A stretch of 64,000 nucleotides of DNA. Source: Candidatus Caldarchaeum sp. (lineage in GTDB: Archaea; Thermoproteota; Nitrososphaeria_A; Caldarchaeales; Caldarchaeaceae). Below are positions 54,770 through 63,056 of the stretch, in pieces. The DNA lies in NCBI GenBank assembly GCA_038896555.1, contig JAWACZ010000003.1:4249-68248 (forward strand), in the 5' to 3' direction. The stretch's first letter is position 1. Each line of letters starts with the position of its first letter. A program made the translations under genes and the position numbers. The notes beneath the pieces were generated by a model. It searched no databases and was not told where the DNA came from. It saw only the letters and a program-made list of their open reading frames with translations.

Positions 54770-57286
54770 TCATGTCTGAATGACTCTAACTTTTTCACCT
54801 GTGTAGAACGCTTTCACTAATGCCTTGCCGTGCTCGGATTTCTTACGGACTGTTACAACGCCGTCTCTTCCGACGGTTGCTGAAAACAGGTATTTGTCGC
54901 CTGCGTAGATGTTGACACGCTTGCCCGCATTTTCGCCTCCAACGAATATTCGCAAGCTGTTACCGCTCTCCCTAACCTCGCATGGAAGCTCGCTGCCTAG
55001 GCTCATTATCTTTGGCTCTATGTCGAGAGAAACACCCAGCTCCTCCTCCAGCCTGCTTACCGTCTCTCCTTTCCTGCCGATTATCCGTGGCAAAACCTCC
55101 CTGCTAACCCTGGCTAAAACCTTGTTTCTGCTGAGGGCCTTAACCTCAACATCTTCGTCAAACCTCTTCAAAACATCTCTCACCTTCTTCTCCAGCTCCT
55201 CAAGGCTTTTTCTCAGCTCTTCGGAGGCTTTCCCCACAGGGATTATGACATTTTCCTCCCCGTATGTGTATATTTCATATTCAAGCTCTTCGGTTGTGAA
55301 ATCCCTCACCTCAACCAGCGGCCTGGCGAGGTCGGCTTCCGTCATTCCTGTTGGGACTCTTACGACGAGCGAGAGGGTGTAGACCTTGGCTATGCGGCCT
55401 GCCTCCAGAAAGACGACGGTGTCTATTATGTGGGGTATCATTCCTAGCTCTACGCGGCCTATGAACCTTTGTATCGCTCCGACAGCGTTACTTGAATGTA
55501 CGACTCCTATCATCCCCACGCCAGCCAAACGCATGTCGCTAAAAATCTGAAAATCCTTGCTTTTCCTGATCTCGTCAAAGACAGTGTAATCAGGCCTGAC
55601 TAGGAGAAGTATTTCAGCCGTCTTCTCGAAGTCACCTTCCAACGGTCCATACTGTGTTATCTCGGGACCGACCTGAAGGTCTCGGGGAGACTCTAACGTC
55701 TTCACTATTCTGCCTTTTCTGCTGTAGAACTCGGCTAGGCTTGCTGCGAAGGTTGACTTCCCGCTCCCAGGAGGACCGGCTATCAGTATTCCCTCGGCAC
55801 GTTTCTCAAACCTCTCCATGAGCGAGGGGGATAGTTTGTAGTCTTCCAGCCTAAGCTTAACTATCGGTCTGACGACAGTTATCTCCAGCCCGTCGCTGAA
55901 AGGCGGTCTTGCAACCGCTATCCTGTAGTTTCCAATTTGAGCGACAAACGCCCCGCTTCTGACTATCTCTATACTTCCCTCCGGCTTAAGCCTGGCATGT
56001 TCTGTTATCTCCCTGATAAGGTTGTTTAGCTCAGAAGCCTCGAAAGGCCTGTCCTCTAAGATGACTAGCTGGAAGCTTCCCGGCCTACCTCTTTTAGCCA
56101 TCAGCGGTGCCCCTTCTTTGAAATGTAGGCTTAACGTATCGTCTGTGAAATATTGTTCGAAAGACATTTTGGCAGGCAGCTCGCTCGGCGGAAAATATCT
56201 CACGGCAACTCCCTCAGTTTCGGCCACCAGTGCTTGAACATAGTCGGATGTGTACAGCGTTGCGTTTTCTTTCCTTGCAACCTCCCTTATCAACGCATCT
56301 ATCCGGCCTTTTCTTGCAAGCCTTATGTCTTCAAGGCTTGGCCTCTCTCCTGAAAACTTCAGCGATATACGATGAGACTCTGCTAAGCTTCTAATTTTTT
56401 TCAGCTCGTTGAGGCCTATGAAGCCTGGCTCGCGTTTCTGGGAAGCTTGGGCCTGAAGCTCATCTATCACCGCTACGGGTATTATCAGCTGGGCACCGTC
56501 AAGCTCTCCCGACTCGACCAGCTGTTTGACTGTGCCGTTTATGATCGCTGACGTGTCTGGCACGATTTTAAGAGTTTGCTTGGCGTCTATGTCAACGCCT
56601 AGATGGTTGAGAAGCTCGATGGGATGGGAAACTATTTCCTTAACTCCGGCGGCAGCCATCTCGCTTCGACTATGTACTCCTCCCTCAAGCCCTATGAAGC
56701 GGGCTCCAGCCTCCACAGCTGCCCTGTAGTCGATGACGCTGTCCCCTATGTAGATAAGGTTTGAAATAGATGTGTTTGTTTTTTCACAGACTTTTAACAG
56801 GATGTCTGGCCTCGGCTTCATCCTCGAAACATCATTTCTGCAAACAACTTCGTCGAAAAAATACGTCAAGCCTGTTTTGGTGAGGGCTTCGACCGCTGCC
56901 TCGCGGTGTGTGTTGGTTGCTATAGCCAGACGATAGCCCTGCTGCCTCAGCTTCTTCAACACATCTACTATTTCGTCGCGGACTTTCGCGTTGGCTGCTG
57001 CCTTTCTCTCGTTCTCAACCATCACTCCGTAGACTTGACTTCTAAACTCTTCGAACCTCTCCTTGGCCAGCGTTTGTTCCGCTCTCTCAAGCAACTCCTG
57101 TATCGACTCTCTTTCAAGCATTCTTAGGCCGAAGGAGTTCATTATCTCTGCAATCTTTTTTCGCGAGTTCACGAGGTCTAGGTTTAGCTCTAGTATCGTG
57201 CCGTCGAGGTCGAATACCACGATTGACGAACTGTTTGGCTCGCCGCTCAGAGCGCCGCCACCACCAACTAACCATAATAAGTGCAT
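54770..57286 (-). CDS. HAD phosphatase - PIN - PilT-like ATPase - KH fusion protein
   Basis: HAD motifs VVFDLDGT / IATNT / K / YIGDSVIDY. PIN segment KIVPDTSAIINGT...IIPVAVIDELQ. Walker A LIAGPPGSGKST. KH GxxG IIGRKGETVSRLEEELG. An alternative GTG start at 57220 would give MVFDLDGT. Confidence 0.85.
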   Translation of the reverse strand: MHLLWLVGGGGALSGEPNSSSIVVFDLDGTILELNLDLVNSRKKIAEIMNSFGLRMLERESIQELLERAEQTLAKERFEEFRSQVYGVMVENERKAAANAKVRDEIVDVLKKLRQQGYRLAIATNTHREAAVEALTKTGLTYFFDEVVCRNDVSRMKPRPDILLKVCEKTNTSISNLIYIGDSVIDYRAAVEAGARFIGLEGGVHSRSEMAAAGVKEIVSHPIELLNHLGVDIDAKQTLKIVPDTSAIINGTVKQLVESGELDGAQLIIPVAVIDELQAQASQKREPGFIGLNELKKIRSLAESHRISLKFSGERPSLEDIRLARKGRIDALIREVARKENATLYTSDYVQALVAETEGVAVRYFPPSELPAKMSFEQYFTDDTLSLHFKEGAPLMAKRGRPGSFQLVILEDRPFEASELNNLIREITEHARLKPEGSIEIVRSGAFVAQIGNYRIAVARPPFSDGLEITVVRPIVKLRLEDYKLSPSLMERFEKRAEGILIAGPPGSGKSTFAASLAEFYSRKGRIVKTLESPRDLQVGPEITQYGPLEGDFEKTAEILLLVRPDYTVFDEIRKSKDFQIFSDMRLAGVGMIGVVHSSNAVGAIQRFIGRVELGMIPHIIDTVVFLEAGRIAKVYTLSLVVRVPTGMTEADLARPLVEVRDFTTEELEYEIYTYGEENVIIPVGKASEELRKSLEELEKKVRDVLKRFDEDVEVKALSRNKVLARVSREVLPRIIGRKGETVSRLEEELGVSLDIEPKIMSLGSELPCEVRESGNSLRIFVGGENAGKRVNIYAGDKYLFSATVGRDGVVTVRKKSEHGKALVKAFYTGEKVRVIQT

Positions 57287-57303
57287 GATAAACTTGTTTT
57301 AAC

Positions 57304-58488
57304 GTGAGAGACGTAGCCATAGTTGGGGTCGGGCAGTCTAGGTTTGGACGGATCCCTGACATGACTCTTACCGAGCTTGCGTGGCAGGCTGTCAACCAAG
57401 CTTTGAATGATGCAGGTTTAACTCAGAAAGACATCCAAATGGTTTCTATGTCAAACGTTGGGGGATGGAGCTCGGAGCCCCTGCCAGCCATCGCCGTCAA
57501 CGAATACTCAGGCCTGACGGGAGTTGGAACATACAGGGTTGAGGCAGCCTGTGCATCAGGGTCGGCAGCCTTGACAACGGCTTACGGCATGGTGGCGTCG
57601 GGTGCTGTGGACATCGCCCTGGCGGTCGGCGTGGAGAAGATGACAGAGGTGCCTACGCCCACGGCTGTTGAGTTCATAGGCCGTGCTGGAAATTATTTCT
57701 GGGAGTTCAGCCAATTCGGCTTAACTTTCCCAGGCTACTACGCGCTTTACGCGACGGCATACATGAATGAGTACGGGGCCACTGAAGCTGACTTAGCTGC
57801 TGTAGCGGTCAAGAACCATTATTACTCGTCTTTTAACGAATTGGCCGCTTTCCAGAGGAAAATAACAGTAGAGGATGTGTTGAAGAGTAGGTATGTGGCA
57901 TGGCCTTTGAAGCTTTATGACTGCAGCCCTATCACTGATGGCGCAGCGGCGGTAGTTCTGGCTTCGGCCGATGTTGCAAAGAAGTTTACCGACACACCTG
58001 TCTGGATAAGAGGGATAGGATACAGCTCGGACACATCCAACCTGAGCAAAAGACCCAATTTCCTAAACCTTGCCGCAGCAAGGAAAGCCGCTGAAGAAGC
58101 GTACAGAAAAGCTGGGATAGATCCATCCAAGCCTGTGAAACAACTGGATGTCGCTGAGGTCCATGACTGTTTCACGATAGCTGAAGTAATCGCCTACGAG
58201 GACTTAGGCTTCGCAAAGTATGGGGCAGGGTTTATGCTTGCACGTGAAGGCGAGACCTACAAAGGTGGGTTGATTGCTGTAAACCTTGACGGCGGGCTTA
58301 AGGCGAAGGGCCATCCGCTAGGCGCTACAGGAATCAGCATGGCTGCAGAGATAACAAAACAGCTTAGGCAGCAGGTCCGTCGGAATAGGCAGGCAGACAT
58401 CTCAAAAGGCTATGGACTCGCACATAACGTGGGTGGGACAGGACATTACGCTTACGTCACAATCTACTCCCTCCACCGGACAGGGTGA
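57304..58488 (+). CDS. Thiolase (acetyl-CoA acetyltransferase, archaeal SCP-x-like type)
   Basis: Active Cys context VEAACASGSAAL, VHDCFT, NLDGGLKAKGHPLGATG. GTG start with a CATAATAAG box about 27 nt upstream. Confidence 0.92.
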   Translation: MRDVAIVGVGQSRFGRIPDMTLTELAWQAVNQALNDAGLTQKDIQMVSMSNVGGWSSEPLPAIAVNEYSGLTGVGTYRVEAACASGSAALTTAYGMVASGAVDIALAVGVEKMTEVPTPTAVEFIGRAGNYFWEFSQFGLTFPGYYALYATAYMNEYGATEADLAAVAVKNHYYSSFNELAAFQRKITVEDVLKSRYVAWPLKLYDCSPITDGAAAVVLASADVAKKFTDTPVWIRGIGYSSDTSNLSKRPNFLNLAAARKAAEEAYRKAGIDPSKPVKQLDVAEVHDCFTIAEVIAYEDLGFAKYGAGFMLAREGETYKGGLIAVNLDGGLKAKGHPLGATGISMAAEITKQLRQQVRRNRQADISKGYGLAHNVGGTGHYAYVTIYSLHRTG

Positions 58489-58492
58489 GAAG

Positions 58493-59029
58493 ATGAGTAT
58501 CTCACGTGAGGAGCTTGAGAAAATGGTGAAGACTTGGCTTGAAACAGTAGAGCAGATAACCCGTAGCGAGGGTCTTCCAGTCATTCCAGACGAGAAGACA
58601 GGCGACCCGCTATGGGTTGACGTGAGAGAACTGAGGCTAAAATATCTTCTCCCCATCAAGAAGGTGAAAAAATTTTTCGACGGTTTGAAGGAGGGAAAAA
58701 TCTATGCAACCCGCTGCCCTGTGAAAAACATCTACTACTTCCCACCTCAAACGGATTGTCCTGCATGCATGGACGAGAACGTTGAATGGGTTGAGGTTGG
58801 TGGAAGAGGGTATCTGTTAACATACACTGTGATAAACGTCAAGCCAGTCAGCTACATGCATCACCCAGACTACGTTGTGGCTATCGCTAGGATGGAGGAA
58901 GGTTTTAACATCCTCTGCTGGATGGCTGTAGACGACCCAAAACAGCTTAAAGTCGGCATGCCCGTCAGGCTCGTGGTCAAAAGGAGAGAGCCTGAAGGCT
59001 TTATGACCTACTACTTGGAACCAGCTTAA
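58493..59029 (+). CDS. DUF35 OB-fold/zinc-ribbon protein (thiolase partner)
   Basis: ATRCP...CPAC ribbon, then OB-fold (GRGYLLTYTVINV...GMPVRLVV). ATG 58493, 5 nt after the thiolase stop, is preferred over the listed 58412. Confidence 0.8.
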   Translation: MSISREELEKMVKTWLETVEQITRSEGLPVIPDEKTGDPLWVDVRELRLKYLLPIKKVKKFFDGLKEGKIYATRCPVKNIYYFPPQTDCPACMDENVEWVEVGGRGYLLTYTVINVKPVSYMHHPDYVVAIARMEEGFNILCWMAVDDPKQLKVGMPVRLVVKRREPEGFMTYYLEPA

Positions 59030-60243
59030 CCAGCCCGTCTAGTGGCTGAAACGATAGATAAGACATCCCGGTCTTTCAGCCTGTAGTCGCCCGGCAGCCG
59101 TAGCCCAGTCCTGACATCCATGGCGTAAAGAAGGCCTTTCTCCAGCTCAGAGTGTATGTTTCTGGCTAGGTCTCTGACGGTTGAGTTGGGGGGCATGAGA
59201 TAGGCGTCGGGGAGCACGTTCCCCGATTTGTCGGAAAGCTTCGCCGCGTCAGAGACGGGGTAAACAACACCCATGCCGAGCAGCTTAAAGACAGCCACGT
59301 TTATTGCGAACTGGACGCCTGTACGCATATACTCTCCCAGCACGCGGGATTCTATGAACTCCAATGCTTTTTTCTGCTCGGGAGTTAGCTGCTCTGGGTT
59401 GATTATCTTGAATTCCTCCTCTCCTGGGATGTATTTTATGAACCCTTTTTGAACAGCTCTTCGGAGAGCCAGCTCTGCTTCGGCGCTGGCGGGTATAACC
59501 ATGTAGTTAGTCAAGCTCTCCCGCAGGATTTCAAAGTTCGCTGCAGCCGTTTCCAAGTCCATCTTGTTTGCAAGCACCAGCATCGGCTTCGAGGCCTCTA
59601 AAAGCTTCTCTGCGAACTTCTTGTCCTCAAGCATGGTCCAGTTTTCAAACTCCTTGTTATGGAGGCCGGATAGCTGTAAAGCCATGTTGACATGGTTTGC
59701 AGTTATCTTGACTCCTTGAAGGACGTCCGCAACAGATTCTGCAAAATTCTTTCCAGCCTTCATGTTCCTTATTATTTTATCCTCCTGTCTGTCGATGAGA
59801 CGCATCAGCCACATCACAAGCTCCTCTTGGATGTCGTAAAAATCCGCCAAAGGGTTTCCCACACCCATTTTGGTTATCTTCCCCTCCTCATCGACGCTTC
59901 CGGAAGCATCTACAACGTGTATCAACGCGTCGGCCTGTGAGGCTACGGACAGGAATTGGTTACCAAGACCTTTACCAGCCCAAGCTCCTTTAATCAAGCC
60001 GGGCAGGTCAATCAACTCGACAGGTATGTGTCTATATCCGTCTACGCAGAGAGAGTTGCGGGGGTTGTCTTTGACGTTGAACTCCCGGCATACGCATGGT
60101 GTTATGGCGTAGGTGGTGCCGTAGTTAGGCTGCTTCGTTGTGAAAGGATAGGAGGACACCTCGGCGTACTGTAGAGTTGCCGCGTTGAAAAAAGTTGTTT
60201 TACCTGTGTTGGTCTTACCTATCAAACCTATGCGGACAGGCAT
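59026..60243 (-). CDS. OBG-superfamily GTPase (YchF/Drg-like) with C-terminal TGS domain
   Basis: G1 GKTNTGKTT, G3 DLPGL, G4 LANKMDL, and a C-terminal TGS-like LRLPGDYRLKDRDVLSIV. Confidence 0.88.
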   Translation of the reverse strand: MPVRIGLIGKTNTGKTTFFNAATLQYAEVSSYPFTTKQPNYGTTYAITPCVCREFNVKDNPRNSLCVDGYRHIPVELIDLPGLIKGAWAGKGLGNQFLSVASQADALIHVVDASGSVDEEGKITKMGVGNPLADFYDIQEELVMWLMRLIDRQEDKIIRNMKAGKNFAESVADVLQGVKITANHVNMALQLSGLHNKEFENWTMLEDKKFAEKLLEASKPMLVLANKMDLETAAANFEILRESLTNYMVIPASAEAELALRRAVQKGFIKYIPGEEEFKIINPEQLTPEQKKALEFIESRVLGEYMRTGVQFAINVAVFKLLGMGVVYPVSDAAKLSDKSGNVLPDAYLMPPNSTVRDLARNIHSELEKGLLYAMDVRTGLRLPGDYRLKDRDVLSIVSATRRAG

Positions 60244-60287
60244 CCAAACCCCCTTGATAGAACATGATTAGTCTGTGAAAAACTTTA

Positions 60288-61175
60288 TCAAACAACACGG
60301 TCGAATTTCTTTAAAACGGTCGGAACCTCCTCGATCACGTCTTCAGGGGTTATGTGAAGTCCTTTTTTATGTGCTGCAGCAACTCCGGCAAGCCCGTTCG
60401 CAAGCACGCCGGCTGCAGCCGCGTTCATGGGGGTGACGCCTTTCGCAACAAACCCTGCAACAAGCCCTGTCAAAACATCACCCGTACCCCCCACGGTCAT
60501 GGCCGCTGACAAAGGCTCTTTCTTGTTAACTACCACTTCAACGCCGTCGGAGACTACGTCGGCAGGTCCCTTGAGGAGGGTGACAACTCTATGCCGTCTG
60601 CTGACCTCCAACACGTTCTTCACTCTCTCCTCAACCGTTGAACCTGGATCTAAGCCGTAAAGTCTTTTGAACTCACCTGCATGAGGTGTTAAAACACATT
60701 TTTTTCCAGAAACATGTGGTAGGACGTCGCTGAACAAGGCGGTGGCATCCAAGACGACTGCTACTTCTTTTTCAGAAAGTACGTCAACCAGCTTAAGAAT
60801 GCCTTTTTCACAGCCTTTAGACAAGCCCGGCCCAATGGCTGCCGCCGATACGTTGTCTAAAACTTTCTCCAGCCTGTCCACAGACTTTGAGGTTAGCTTG
60901 TAGTCTGGAAGTGGGAGCACTATCAACGACGGTGAAAGAGCACGCACTGCAGCCGCTATCTTTTCAGGAACAGCCACGTAGACAAGGTCAACGCCCGAGC
61001 GCATGGCGGCCATTGAGACGAGGAATGGCGCGCCATGGTAAAGCCAGCTACCCCCAACTACTAGAACAACACCGTTCTCCCCTTTCCTAGACCACCTCCT
61101 ACGCGGAATGCAGGCCGTCGCCAAATCCGTCTCCGAAGCCTCACGATATGAAACGATCACGCTGAAAAAATACAT
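60288..61175 (-). CDS. ADP/ATP-dependent NAD(P)H-hydrate dehydratase (stand-alone YjeF_C)
   Basis: KGENGVVLVVGGSWLYHGAPFL, LTPHAGEF, VGGTGDVLTGLVAGFVAKG. Confidence 0.9.
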   Translation of the reverse strand: MYFFSVIVSYREASETDLATACIPRRRWSRKGENGVVLVVGGSWLYHGAPFLVSMAAMRSGVDLVYVAVPEKIAAAVRALSPSLIVLPLPDYKLTSKSVDRLEKVLDNVSAAAIGPGLSKGCEKGILKLVDVLSEKEVAVVLDATALFSDVLPHVSGKKCVLTPHAGEFKRLYGLDPGSTVEERVKNVLEVSRRHRVVTLLKGPADVVSDGVEVVVNKKEPLSAAMTVGGTGDVLTGLVAGFVAKGVTPMNAAAAGVLANGLAGVAAAHKKGLHITPEDVIEEVPTVLKKFDRVV

Positions 61176-61269
61176 GAGACATGGTTAAAAACATGTCACG
61201 CCGAGGATATCGTTTAACAGCTCACGTCGCTAGGTTTTTAGGAAGGCCTAATTCATCTGTTGTAGGGTC

Positions 61270-62001
61270 TTGCTTGTTTTAGGTGGGTCCGTGCTAGCTG
61301 TAGCAACCGCCGTTCGGCTTGCAAAGAAAGGCGAAAGAGTCACATTAATATACACGGGTAGACGGCTGGGGCCTTCCCCCTTCGCAGTTTTGACAAAAAC
61401 GTTTCTGAAGGAAGTTGGTGTAGAGCCATCACGTCATTCCGAGGCCGCGGTCAACACATGCTACGTTGATGGACGCAGCTTTAGGCTGCCAACCCCTCTT
61501 TACCTCTGTAGAACCACACCCCTGCTGGAGGATGCGATATCTTACAACGAGGTAAAGTTTTGTCATAGAATGCCGCAAAACGTTAACGAGGAGGTAGTTG
61601 ACTGCAATCCAAAATTTTTAAAAGGCTTAAGGCTTGTTCAGGCCGCCTTTGTTACCAGATGCAGCTCTGACGAGTGCCTAGCCATAGAGTCTAAGCCGTA
61701 CCATCATTTTTCCGCAACCCTGTACAGTGAAAAAAAGGCTGTGTCATACATTTACTTTGTCGACGAGGTTGTTAAGCCGGCTGGTTTGCTGGCCGCTGTC
61801 GAAAGATATACAGGCTATGTCAACCGCTTCAACGGCGAGGTATCGGCCGCTGTTTGCTTGGCTGGACAGGACGTTGCCGAAACCATAAACGACCGGGATG
61901 TGGTGGCGGAAAACGTGAAATACGTTCTAAATGTTTTAAAAGGCTTCAAACCTGAGCCATCGGAGGACACCTTCTCCAGCGTCTTCACCTGTCTAGCTTA
62001 A
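61270..62001 (+). CDS. Hypothetical protein with degenerate N-terminal Rossmann-like segment
   Basis: MLVLGGSVLAVATAVRLAKKGERVTLI resembles, but does not satisfy, GxGxxG/A. TTG start. No other motif. Confidence 0.45.
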   Translation: MLVLGGSVLAVATAVRLAKKGERVTLIYTGRRLGPSPFAVLTKTFLKEVGVEPSRHSEAAVNTCYVDGRSFRLPTPLYLCRTTPLLEDAISYNEVKFCHRMPQNVNEEVVDCNPKFLKGLRLVQAAFVTRCSSDECLAIESKPYHHFSATLYSEKKAVSYIYFVDEVVKPAGLLAAVERYTGYVNRFNGEVSAAVCLAGQDVAETINDRDVVAENVKYVLNVLKGFKPEPSEDTFSSVFTCLA

Positions 62002-62027
62002 CATTTTTATCTCCGTTAGGTGGATAG

Positions 62028-62342
62028 ATGTCTGTAAAAGAGGCGGTGGAGATGGTCGAAGACTCAGTGGTCCTTGTGGGAAAAAAGCCGACGATGAACT
62101 ACGTGCTGGCGACAACCCTCCCCCTAGCCGAAGGCAAGCGTGTCATCCTAAAGGCACGAGGAAGAGCCATAGCAAAAGCCGTTGACGTTGTAGAGGTTGT
62201 GCGCAGAAGGTTTGTCCAAAACGCCGTCATCGAAAAGGTGAACATCGGGACAGAAGAAGGAAGGGTTGGAAACGACGGCCGGCAGAGGAACGTCAGCACG
62301 ATCGAAATAATCGTCTCGCAGCCGAAGCCCTCTAAGAAGTAG
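62028..62342 (+). CDS. albA: Alba (Sso10b-family) DNA/RNA-binding protein
   Basis: VLVGKKPTMNYVLA...ILKARGRAIAKAVDVVEVVRRRF...STIEIIV. Confidence 0.9.
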   Translation: MSVKEAVEMVEDSVVLVGKKPTMNYVLATTLPLAEGKRVILKARGRAIAKAVDVVEVVRRRFVQNAVIEKVNIGTEEGRVGNDGRQRNVSTIEIIVSQPKPSKK

Positions 62343-62349
62343 GTGGACA

Positions 62350-62383
62350 AACCCGGTTTAAACCGGGTTACCCATATCTTTTT
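62350..62383 (+). terminator. Perfect 20-nt palindrome plus T5 tract after alba
   Basis: AACCCGGTTTAAACCGGGTT (62350-62369) is followed by ..ATCTTTTTAT (T5 ending about 62381), directly downstream of the alba stop. Confidence 0.45.
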
Positions 62384-62411
62384 ATCCGGCACAATATTTT
62401 AAAAATCCGGG

Positions 62412-63056
62412 TTGGGGGAAAGTACCAGCGCCAGCTTTGGATGGACGTGGACAATCTGTAAGCTATGCGGCATGAAGACTATTACGGGAAAGTTTTGCAT
62501 GCGGTGCGGTGCAGTTCTCGACCAGACGCAGAAACCAGAACCTGTACAGTATGTTTACACATTCGACGTCATAGTTCTTGGAGAAGATGGCGTCGGCAAA
62601 ACTAGTTTGATAAACAAATGGGCGAAAACACCTCAACCTACTTTATCACAGGCGACTGTTGAAGCCGTTAAAAAGGCCGTGTTTGACGGCGTTGAGGTCA
62701 GCCTTAGAATGAGGGAAATGGAACAAAACATCGCCAAGGTCGCTGGGAAGATTGATGCTGCCGTTGTGGTTTTCGAGCTTACGCGCCGCACGACGTTTGT
62801 CAGAACTATGCGCTATGTCAGGCTTTTAAGAGAGGTCGATCAAATGCCGTTGGTTTATCTAGTGGGCAACAAGTGCGACCTAGACGGCAGACAGGTCTCC
62901 TTCGACGAGGCTGCTGGCACGGCGAGAGATTTAGGGGCTCAATATTTTGAAACATCAGCTAAATCAGGATACAACGTTGACTTAGTTTTTAAAAAGCTTT
63001 TTAAAGACCTTCTGACAAGAAGGCTCAACGAACTTAAGAGGATGCTTCAGCAATGA
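62412..63056 (+). CDS. Ras-superfamily (Rab-like) small GTPase with N-terminal zinc ribbon
   Basis: CKLCGx9CMRCG ribbon. G1 GEDGVGKTS, G4 GNKCDL, G5 ETSAKSG. The G3 position reads RMREMEQ instead of DTAGQE. TTG start is uncertain. Confidence 0.8.
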   Translation: MGESTSASFGWTWTICKLCGMKTITGKFCMRCGAVLDQTQKPEPVQYVYTFDVIVLGEDGVGKTSLINKWAKTPQPTLSQATVEAVKKAVFDGVEVSLRMREMEQNIAKVAGKIDAAVVVFELTRRTTFVRTMRYVRLLREVDQMPLVYLVGNKCDLDGRQVSFDEAAGTARDLGAQYFETSAKSGYNVDLVFKKLFKDLLTRRLNELKRMLQQ

